Position numbers and translations under genes: made by a program. Under the pieces are notes generated by a model. It saw only the letters and a list, made by a program, of their open reading frames with translations. It did not search any database and had not been told where the DNA came from. A DNA stretch of 63,854 nucleotides, filler included, from Dugesia japonica (lineage: Eukaryota), in NCBI GenBank assembly GCA_001938525.1. It is 5 parts of 5 records of this genome, joined end to end, with 100 filler letters (N's around TTAATTAATTAA, not from the genome) between each part and the next. Parts side by side here need not be neighbours in the genome. Positions count along the whole stretch, not along the records: positions 31,638 to 53,924 come from MQRL01577218.1; positions 54,025 to 63,854 come from MQRL01618080.1; 3 more parts are not named here. One strand, 5' to 3'. Positions 53,183-63,854 of this stretch are shown one piece after another; positions within the stretch are counted from its first letter, which is position 1; every line of letters begins with the position of its first letter.

Positions 53183-53924
53183 TTGCTTGATTTATCATCA
53201 TCAGGTGATGGTGATAAACAACAACTTACATTTGATAAAAAGAATTCTTTTTCAATAGACAGATTGATTGATTCATCATCAATTTGCTATAAACAAATTG
53301 ATGGTGAGCAACAATCTGCTAAGAAAAATATGGAGACGAGAAAACGAAAAAATAAATTTTTGGAAGAAAATGTGGAAAAGGAGAAGAGAAGAAGAATAAC
53401 AACAATTACTGATGAATATGTTAGAAAATCGGATTTTAATGGAGCCTATGTTAGTCTGCAGTTTAAGGTAGAGCAGNGGGAAATGAAAAGTGTTTATGTG
53501 CCTGATTATATCAGAAATAAGGTAGAGGAAGAAGTCGAGAAATTCCAAAACTGTAAAGTTCAATTTGCAATCCATGACGAATTCGAAAAGGAAGGAGATG
53601 AAAATGATCAAGAGAAGGAGATTAAAGAATGGTCATGGTCATATAAAGCCATGGAATATTCAGAAGAGTTTTTACAGAAAATAACGGAAAAAGCAAATGA
53701 AGAAATTGCTACGTATTCCGAATTAAGCAGTGGGTGGAAGATCAAAAGAATACTGGAGTTGAGATTTATTATGGTGAAATTTTCTCCTTTAATTTATCTA
53801 TCTGGACGATCATATATTAAAAGTCCAAAATCATTAGATCAAACAAAAGCTATAGTGAATGTGCACAATATGGACAATATGTGTTTTGTATACAGTATAC
53901 TGGCAGTATTAAAATATGATGTTG
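53183..53924 (+). mobile_element. Polinton/adintovirus-type PolB N-terminal region, open frame truncated by contig end
   Basis: SSGWKIKRILEL...SGRSYIKSPKSL...KAIVNVHNMDNMCFVYSILAVL matches GSGW....I..L...GSSYI.LP......KAIINV.N.DN.CF..SILA.L. Confidence 0.85.
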
Positions 53925-54024
53925 NNNNNNNNNNNNNNNNNNNNNNNNNNNNNNNNNNNNNNNNNNNNTTAATTAATTAANNNNNNNNNNNNNNNNNNNN
54001 NNNNNNNNNNNNNNNNNNNNNNNN
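53925..54024. other. Artificial contig-join spacer
   Basis: 44 N + TTAATTAATTAA + 44 N. Confidence 0.95.
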
Positions 54025-54982
54025 TGCCGCAGGTCTTTTGTATCACAGTCTAAAATAAATCAGAGGTTGATAATAAATCTAAGCTGTTTTATTCAGCAAA
54101 GATTGAAATTTCATTTAACTATTTTGTTGGATCTTCGTCATAATTCCCAGAGAATTTCGTAATTGTATGGGTTAGTAATTCCCTAGACTCCTTAAGTAAA
54201 GCTTCATATATCCTTTTTGCTTTGGTTTCCTGATTTCGAGNNNNNNNNNNNNNNNAGGCTGAATCCAAAGTCTCAATTTCCATTACAAATTTATTCAATA
54301 ATTTCAAAATATAACTAAATCTTAAAACACCGTATTTAAATAAATATTTAGTTTATTTTAAATATTCAACGTAGATAATTATAGTATTTTGGTTAATATA
54401 ATAAGCAATAGCAGTCATAATTCGGAATGCTTCTATTGGTTTGGAGTGTTAAGTACAGCCAAACTTAGGAATAACTTTTCATTACCTGCCATCAATTACC
54501 TAGCACTCAAGCACGACTCTCATTTGTATTGTTAGAATAAATGCTGTATATCTAAAATTTATCTCAATTTTACTCAGGTGAAATTGTAAAATCAACGTTA
54601 AAATTAATTTTTTAAAAATTTAATAGTTAAAATATTTATGGGGTGGGGTGAACATCTCTTGACATAACTTTATTAGAGGGGTCACTGAAAGCTTGACGAG
54701 GGTTAGAACTTTCCGACAGCCTTTAGTTTCTAAATTTGGAAGTGTGCAATCAANNNNNNNNNNNNNNNNNNNNNNNNNNNNNNNNNNNNNNNNNNNNNNN
54801 NNNNNNNNNNNNNNNNATTAAATTAACGTATTATTTTCTATATTTAATATATACATATAATTTTAATTAATATTTATTGACACCAGTTAATTTGAAATAT
54901 AAAATCAGAATAGCATGTAAAATATTTATTAAACAAAACATTAGAGCAGAAACAGTTCTAGCGCTAGAAATCTTTGTACAAA

Positions 54983-57281
54983 TTAATGTCTATTTTGATT
55001 ATAAGGACGAGGACAATCTGGTTGGAGAATATGTGAAAATGTGCAATTATTCCCTGATCTACAGTATCCACTGTTGGCCAGGAACCTGCAAACAGGTCTC
55101 ATTTGTCGAGGACCAAAAGCTCTATTTGTAGGAATATTACAAGGTCTGGTGGGAAATGCCATTCTTTGATGCATAATATGAGGATTATGAATATCCTGAG
55201 GCAATCTTGGAAAATATGGCCTCTGATCAGGAAACCATTGTGGAGCAGGAGGATTAGGAAAATTAGGTGGTGGAATTGTCACATTTTGTGTAGAAGGTAG
55301 ACTTAAAATACCCTCTCTAATTAACTGTTCTCGCAGTGGTTCCAATAACTTGCAAACTTCTTCTGATGTAAGTTTTTCAGGATCTATGTCAGGATAACGG
55401 GATCTAATTATACTTATTAATTTAGTTCTGGTTTGCGGAGTTTCATTATTGCATTCTGTACTAACATTTAACTCTAAAGATACGGGTGTTGAGTGACTTG
55501 GTGATTTGGATACTGTTGAATTTTGAGTCATTGATTTCAATAAATTAGCTACATCAGGTCTTAAAGTTACCTAAAAAATTAAGTAAGTAATTTTGACCAA
55601 TTCATTAAATATTCTACTTGACATTCTTTACCTTCCTTTTCAGTGAAAATAAGTAACTTCGAATTATTATCTTCTTGTAATTGGGGTTTTGATACAGGTT
55701 TTACATGTACAATCTAAAAATAGTAAATTTTAACCACAATTAATTGCTTACATCTTCTAATGGAATCTTTTTTGGTTCTTTCACATCATACGGCTCATTA
55801 TCAGGTTCAGCCGGGGTGTATGGAATGTCATCTTTAGAAAAATAAAATACTTTTAAAACTTTTCGTTCTCGTAATATTTGAATGTTTTGTTCCTTAGAAG
55901 AAACTTCAAGTTTATTTTCTGGAACACCGAATACCGCCAATGGTTTATACCACTAATTTATTGTAATAATGAAGACGAGATAACTGAAGCTTACCTTTTG
56001 CGTTTGAGAATCATCATCAATTTCATCACTGAAAGATTTATGCGCAACATGTTGACGTTCCATCAACCTTTCTTTTTTCTTCATTTCTTCCATGGATACT
56101 TTATTAACATTAACTCTTTCATTTTCATCAAGCTCAAAGTATTTTATTGATTGTAAAACTTCAGCTGGAGCCCATGAAACTCTTTTCTTTTGTTTTTCAG
56201 GTAGAATAGGAATATCAACACTTTTCTTTACACTAACATCTAGCACGGAGTCTTCAGTAAATGATACATCAGAAACCTTCAACTTCTTATAAAAGATTAA
56301 ATTCAGCAAAATAAAATTACTGATTTGTTTGTACTTGACACATCTTGCCTTTTCTTTTTTTTTCTAAGCGGAACAGGATTTTGTGTAATTGAATTAATAA
56401 AGTTTTTACTTTCATGAATTTCAATAACTGAAAAATAAAAATAATAAAAATAAGCACATCAAAATTTACCTTTTCGCTTATCAACAACTGCTGCCGCACT
56501 TACTTTCTGGTGTATTTCGTCAATTCCAGAAAAAAGTTTTTCATCAGATTTTTTAACTAATCTAAAAGTAAATTATGGATGCCAACAATACTTCAACAAT
56601 TTGCAATACTTCTTAGGATTAGATTTATTATCAGGTTCTATATCTTCAACCCCCGCAGTTCTTAAATTAGTATTCCTAACTTTAACTGTCCTCAATTTTT
56701 TTTTATTATCTAAATTTTCATCTTTATCAATTTTAATATCCTTTTTGTCTAATTTTATTTTTTTCAAAGGAACCTCTTCATTACCTAAAAATAACATAAC
56801 ACGTGTGACACTTTTACACATTTTACTTTTAGTTTTTTCTTCAACAACTTTTTTCCATTTTGAAACAATAGATTTTGCAATAGATATTATTTCTATTAAA
56901 TTAATTAATTTATCCTAACATTCGGAAATCATAGAAACCTGAATTGCCATTTTTAGTTAATTTTTTAATTAATTTTGGACAAGCATTTGAAGTTAAATTT
57001 TCAAAAGTTATAGGCAATTTTAAATATAATTGAAGAATTTCAATAATAAAACAAGTAGTATCATTTTTAAGTCCATCTTGAAGCCACTGAAATAAAATAT
57101 TCCACACACCTGACTCGCACAATTTCATTTGAACATCAACAGCTGATACTGACATTATTGCTATGGCCAAATACTTAGGAACAAGTTTATTTTGTGTATT
57201 TTTCATTAAAGCGATAAGTTTATCTATAGAAGATAAACACAAACCGCCGTTGTTATCGAGACAGTGACCAATATACTCCAT
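54983..57281 (-). CDS. PPP1R10: Protein phosphatase 1 nuclear targeting subunit PNUTS (~651 aa from Met 57281; true start may be slightly upstream)
   Basis: Exons 57281-56939, 56892-56827, 56784-56610, 56561-56470, 56427-56321, 56282-55995, 55952-55752, 55713-55618 and 55570-54983 are phase-compatible. They encode a TFIIS-N-like domain (WL...IIEILQLYLKLPITFENL...KLIKKL...IVSKW), the PP1-binding KKRVSW followed by YFELDENERVNVNK, the PAEPDNEPY...PKKIPLED segment and a C-terminal CCCH finger RPVCRFLANSGYCRSGNNCTFSH. Confidence 0.93.
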
Positions 57282-59529
57282 AAAAGAGCCTGGGAAAGAT
57301 GGGCAACTCTATAAATATTAAAAATAAAGACCAATGTTATTTACTTGATTATAAAAACAAATTAATTTTAAATGCATTTAACAAAAGAAAAAGATAAAAT
57401 CGCTTTATATTAAATAAAATGCATAACAACAATAAATCGCTAATGGATACGTTCTGTATAGTAGCAATTTCTGGATTGCAATTTACAGTTGCTCTGTAAA
57501 ATGAAATAAAAAATTACTTATGTAAATGCATTTATATTTAATTGAAATCATTAAACTAATATATTTAAAAACTGTAAAATATCTAAAAATTTTTATATTC
57601 TCATACTTTATCTGACAACATTTAACTTCCGAAATAATGGCGTAAATGTTGAAACTGAAACCAGTATATTATTTAAAACAACAAGATTTAATTACAACAG
57701 TAAAATAACTACTTAAAACTTTTAAAAATGTTTAAATTAAATTTAATTACCTAAACAATATTTAATTTCTAAAATAAATTATGAAATAATTAAATAGCAT
57801 TAATAAAACGGAATTTAAATTTGTTAGATTAATATGAAAAAGAATTTCTGAGACAAATTGGTATGATAAATTATATTAAATCATGTTAATAAATGATATA
57901 TAATATCCAAGGAATTAAAAAGTAAACTAAATTATAAAATTTGAACTAAATTCATTTTAGTTATTTCAATTGATATCATAGAATATTATAAATTTTTCTT
58001 TGGGATTTCCATATTTTTAAAGTACTTTTATTAAAAGTTTTCATTGTCGTAGTTAAATAATTCTTTTTCGATTTAACTTAAAGAAGTAAAATAATACTTG
58101 CAATTGTGATTAAACCATATTAAATTATATAAATCATTGTTCTGGTCTTAGGGATTTTTTATACTAGTCAAAGTTTATGAACCACTTCTTAAATCTATGT
58201 ATTCTCAATATTGATCATCTCAATCTACAAGGCGATTCCTATCATACTTCTCTAAGAATTAACTGGCTTCCACACTATCGTCTTCTCGTGTATATAACGC
58301 GCTCCCGTTTTATTAAAATGGTCCATTTTTTGTAATTTTTAAAACTTCGCAGTTTTTTATTAATACAGCGCGCAGTTGAATGGAACCACACAAAAAATAT
58401 TTGAATTTTTTTAGAAGTTGTCGTGTTAAACTAAATTAAAAGAATTTTTAATGTTTGAAAATGCCTAGGAAATAATTATAGTCAGTACATGAATATACCT
58501 TCCAGTTTTAAGGAATTACTTGTTTTTGTTTGCAAACACAGCAAAGATATTTTGCTTTTGAAATTTATCAAAAAAATTATAGAAAACAAAACTGAAAATA
58601 AACCAACTTTGAGGAAATGCCTAGAAAAGGGAATTATTAAATTTAATAAATTTTCTTATACAAACTAGTAAAATAGTTTTTATTAATATATACTTTTTTT
58701 TCTAACCATTTTTCTTCTAAAAATCTTAATTTTTAATTTAATTTTTGAATTATTTTATTACAATATTAAATCGAAATTTTTTNNNNNNNNNNNNNNNNNN
58801 NNNNNNNNNNNNNNNNNNNNNNNNNNNNNNNNNNAAAAAAACATTACTTAGAGTCAATTTTTCATTCAGAATGAATACTTTTTCTTGATCATCAGAAAGT
58901 TCTTTCAAAAAAATACAAGAACCAATCTCCTGTGAAATTTCCATATGTATCTAAAAGATAAATCTTTTTTTCGTATCTTTCATATCTTTATCAACAGGAT
59001 TTTCATTTATTTCAGTTTCCGTTGCGTCGTATTCAACAATATCTGGACTTCGTTGACATTATTTCAACAAGTTTGAGAAGTTACCTTCTACCTTCAATGC
59101 ACAAAAAATAATACTATTGCTGATTTTCCAGTATTTGGATGTTTGATTCTGGTTAATCTTCTTCATTATATGCCACTTAATTTCATTTTGACAATCTTTT
59201 GATCTATGGTATGACCTGGAAACTACAAGATTTGTGGACGACCATTGTGGACTCTCCTATCCTGTATTCAGCGGGTCTAAGTGGTAACCTGTCTAACAAA
59301 CTTTGGGTCTTATCTTTGGTTCATTTTGACTTTATTCTCCTTATTTATGTTTCCAATAGGAATTCAATAANNNNNNNNNNNNNNNNNNNNNNNNNNNNNN
59401 NNNNNNNNNNNNNATTAATTACATATTAATACACATTAATTACATAGGGAATAGAGTTTATTCTAATTTAGTCATTTTCTTCGCCAAACACGTCCTCGAT
59501 CCTAAAATCATTGAACAGCCTCGTCGGCT

Positions 59530-60530
59530 TGTATTACTCGTTCTTCTCTTCATGAGATCCAGGCCTATAATTCTTGCGCAAAGTCCACACCGTTGCCAAT
59601 AGTGTTGCTTCTCTCTCTGCATATATATTGATCACATGTCTATGTGTCGCAGCTCATCATCAGATAGAACTTCTTTTTGTGTAAAAGTCAATTTCGATCG
59701 ATCAATCGATTGTTATGCTGTCGCAGGATAGTGGTTTTCTTGATCAGTTTTATGGCTTGGGATTTACAACGCCTTTCTGACTCTGTGTCCGCCATCTTTG
59801 CCGGTTTTGCTATTTTTTCCCTATTTACTGAAATTGAAAGTAGTATATTAATAATTTGATATTTTATNNNNNNNNNNNNNNNNNNNNNNNNNNNNNNNNN
59901 NNNNNNNNNNNNNNNNCTGACCTTTTTATTACTTAACTGATATATTGTGATATTAAACTTAAGAATGAAGCTAAAATTGTAACCAATGAAACAGCAAAAT
60001 TACTCTCAGTGTATAAATTGAAATCTGTCGTTATTCACTCGTCGTCAGTGAGTCTGCCATTTCTCGGGAGTGATAGATTTCACTTTCAGAATTATGAGAA
60101 TCGGGTTTGTCGGTTAGGACTCTGGATCTCTCGCCGTTTGTTTTTTCCATTCTTGGATGGAATGTCTTTGTAATTCCAAAAGTTATATTATATTATATTA
60201 GGATCCTCGGAGAAGCAATTTCCCGAGTTGAGCACCCTCATCAATCATCTGCTACTGCCGCCCATAATTCGTTTTCAGCCGATGAAACCAAATGTGGCAT
60301 TCAGTCATCTGCCCGATCATCTACTGTTCAAATCGGCGCATTCTGTAATCGATTTGTTCTGGAGTTGCTCCTCCAATTTTGGATCTGGTAATTTTTCACA
60401 CATATGAGATATAGCTGAAGCCACCATGGGTTTGGATTAGTCCCCTCGGAGGTTATGCTGCCCCAATCTGTGATGGTGTTGAGTGCATTGATATGTTGAA
60501 GAACATACTCTAAATTAAATCGATACAAAC
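59530..60530 (-). pseudogene. Unassigned spliced helical-protein family, copy C
   Basis: Minus strand 59800-59535: KTTILRQHNNRLIDRN*...HVINIYAEREATLLATVWTLRKNY, ending at a GTAA donor. The upstream block has MPHLVSSAENELWAAV, weakly similar to LPPLITDNEREWDAFE of copy B. Confidence 0.55.
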
Positions 60531-62249
60531 TATTATTACTACATTATGTATGAACATTACAGCAAAATTTTCATTTCGTATCAGAGATGCCTATCTCATT
60601 CCCTATTCGATCCTACCGGTGATTCAATAAAAAAACAAAAATAGGCTTCCAATGCTCTGGTAAAGTGATGGGGAATAAATTCCCCAACCTGATGATCGAC
60701 TTTACCCTTGTTTACCTAAATCATCATGATTCGAAATACGAATCATTTAGTATTATCTTATTGTCTATGTTTTATACTTGGAAAATTGTGAGTGTTCATA
60801 ATTTAAGCAAGTAAATTCCTATTAACTAAAAAAATATTTCCCAACTTTAATAAATCAAATTCCTATTAACCCCGAATAATTAATGAGTCGAAATTATATT
60901 AACTAAATCAATCACTTCAGTCCTCAATACTTGATAATCATCCAAGGAATTAAATTTCTATTAATTAAAGTAGTAAAATTTAAATGGGAACATTGATAAG
61001 TCAACTTTATATTGCTTAGATTGGCAATTTATTGATCTGATATGTATTCATTAGATTATTACTTTGATTCTTAGGAAATAAGTTTTTGCAAAAAATAACA
61101 TGATTAGATTTACATACATAATTATCTGAAAATTAGATTTTCATTTAATTTCAGAAATGATTTAATCATAAAATCTATATTGAAGAATTTATCAGTCAAA
61201 TTTATATTATTTAGATAATAATTCAAAATTACAAATTTATTTTAGTTCGATGGTAATTTGTAATTCGATTTGCCCAGTAAATGATCAACTTTAGCTATCA
61301 CTAATCGTATGAAGTAAAATTTAACAAAAAATCAGCATCCTTATTTTCTAGAATTTACATTCCTAATGTTTCCTAGCTTATACAATTCAAACACTTAACT
61401 CATTTAGAGGTGTTTATTGATATCATTGCAAACGTACCTGCAATGATGCAATTTCAACGTCTACTTTAAATGCAGAAAATTCCACTAATATTGGATGTGA
61501 TTTAAACATCATTTAAGTGCATTAATAAATACGAATCTACTTAATGAACCTCACAGACTCACATTACCCACTGAGGGTTGTCATCTAGACATATGGGTAC
61601 ATTTATTTGTGTTTCTGCATGTCGATATTAATTGATGTTTATTACTATTCCAATAACAACTAATTTCCTATGTATACTGAGTGGATTTCTATCGTTATCA
61701 TCAATACAGTCTTAAAAATTCAATAATTGATTATAATAAATTAGTAAAAACTTGAAAATAAATTGAAGCAATCATATTGGCTCCCTATAATATTAGAAAT
61801 TTAATATGAGTAATTTATAACAATTTAATAAGGGAAAACGTAATTTTACTTGATGAATATAATATGTTATAGACAAGGAGTAAAAAATATTTGTGTACAC
61901 ACTTGCACAAATAAGTTACTATAGACTAGCATTCATTATTTCTCTATTTAGTAAGGTACCATCGTATTTTTGTAATACCGTTTTTTTAATAAAAATTAAT
62001 TACATTTAGATTGATTTTACGAGCCAGATGGATTAAATTTAGTGCTAGCTTGGAAGCAATAATTTCGTGCAAAATCAATAAAACCAGAGCAAAGTAATAA
62101 TGTAATTTATTAATTAAATATTTATAAAATTAATAGGATTTCCTCTATTAACAAAAAGCGAATTATCAGGGCTTATGAAAATGAAGAGTATATGAAGACT
62201 GTAGGAAGGCTTTTTAATATTAATAAGGCTTTTTAATATTAATATTATT

Positions 62250-63800
62250 TTTAACTATCAAAAATATATTTTTACCGATTTAATAAAACCGTATCAATTT
62301 CATCCGGAAAAATTGGAGGATACAATAAAAATTAATAAATAAAGAAATGGGGGATGCTCTCTTGTCAGAAATTGACAAGCATCTCGACATAACATTAGAA
62401 GAAATGAAAATGTTTGTCACAAAATAATTGTCATGTTTCTTCAGGAACAATTTCAAATTTTCTGAAGAACACATTCTACACGTCCAAGACTATATATTAT
62501 TAATTGTTAACCATAAACAATGGTAGCACCTTTTGCTCATTAATAGTTTTACTACTGTAATTGCATCTAATAGTAATATTTGACATATTATACACTGATT
62601 TATTATTGTTTTAGTCTCGTGAATTTCTGTCTCATCGTCTGGCTGTGTTATTTCACGGATTCTATATATTAGTCCTACATTTGTTGATTGATTTAGTATT
62701 TTGTCAAACACTTGATACTAAGATTGATTCTCTTCCTGTCCAATTAGTCCACATCTGTTGCATCCAATTTCTGGATTGAGTATACGCCATTGATCCGTCG
62801 TATGATTTAATCTTTGACATTTTCTGACTCTCCCCACCTTTCTTGATTCCTCTACATAATATCTATTCTTGCATCGGATCCATTCGTTTATCCCGTTATA
62901 GTATTGCTTACCACTTGGAATTCTTTCATCTCCAACTAGCCATCCGGAAACATTATTTCCATTAAATCTAACCCAATCACACATTCTGATACTACATTTT
63001 CTATTATTAGCATTGGATACATAAATTGAAGATTTTCATCATGTATTCTACAATTGAGTCTCCCGATTAATTCAATTACCTTTCCCGTTATCATCAAAAT
63101 TTCCACTTAATTTTTTTTATGCTACTAGTCTATGGTTTAAAAACGACTTGCACCTGTATCCAATAAATATTTGATTCCTTTGCCATTAGTTATCAATCCT
63201 TTTATTAATTTTCAATGAATTCCTCTGCTCCTAACTTCTGATAAAATGTACTCTCCCGATATTTTACCCTGGACACTTGAAAATTCCATGTTGTAAATTG
63301 AGGTGACTGATGGTACCTAAGATTGAGTAGTTATACCTCCTGGCAATTCTAATACCTTCGATCTCTGTCAATAACGTCCTTTACTCCGTGTGTTAATCTG
63401 CATTTTTTTCTTACGTAATACTTCCTTTATTAGATGTACGTGACTTTGATGCTCGTCTAGGCTCTTTGAATGAACTAAAATGTCATCACTATATACCGAA
63501 GTAAATGCATGACAGTCTTGCAAACATTTATTCATGTGTCTTTGAAATGTTTGTGAAGCATTTTTAGTTCAAATGGCATACTTTTGTATTCAAATAATTC
63601 AAATGGAGTTATAATACCGTTTATTGTCGGTCTTCCTCATTGAGTAGAATTTGATGATACGCTTTCTTAAGATATAAAGTAGAAAACAATGAACAACCTT
63701 TTCATCTGTTTTCATCTTCCCTGTTAAGTAAATCTTCAATTGGTAATTCATTTTCCAAATCAAAACTAATTTTTGGGGACAGCTTTTATTTAACTACTTC
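62250..63800 (-). mobile_element. Ty3/gypsy pol (RT-RNase H-integrase), degraded
   Basis: YHQILLNEEDR..TVIITPFELFEYKSMPF, ASQTFQRHMNKCL and VYSDDILVHS (YxDD); RNase H and integrase remnants downstream. Confidence 0.88.
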
Positions 63801-63854
63801 AACTCTGATATTTATAAATAATTATCATTGAAAAAAAATGATTGAAACTTAGTA

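Overview
Very AT-rich eukaryotic draft sequence. The tiny introns, (AAT)n tracts and transposon repertoire suggest a triclad flatworm (planarian), but that is inference. The window is five contigs joined by an artificial 100-bp spacer (44 N + TTAATTAATTAA + 44 N), so adjacency across 9.8, 22.4, 31.6 and 54.0 kb is meaningless. Most recognisable sequence is decayed mobile DNA: Ty3/gypsy, Polinton/adintovirus-type PolB and integrase, hAT, piggyBac, mariner, pogo, MULE, Penelope-type GIY-YIG, and several MITEs with TIRs and TSDs. Two host genes are supported. One is a near-complete 9-exon PNUTS/PPP1R10 (minus, ~55.0-57.3 kb). The other is five spliceable exons resembling an ionotropic glutamate receptor amino-terminal domain (minus, 13.9-19.5 kb). 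Two unexplained signals stand out. First, an unassigned, apparently spliced helical-protein family occurs three times on three contigs, and one copy lies just upstream of a tRNA-Pro-like PBS and a gag, so apparently inside the LTR of a large retrotransposon. Second, three minimal hammerhead-ribozyme motifs are present, one directly behind a Penelope-type endonuclease. All homology calls come from motif recognition by eye, not database searches.
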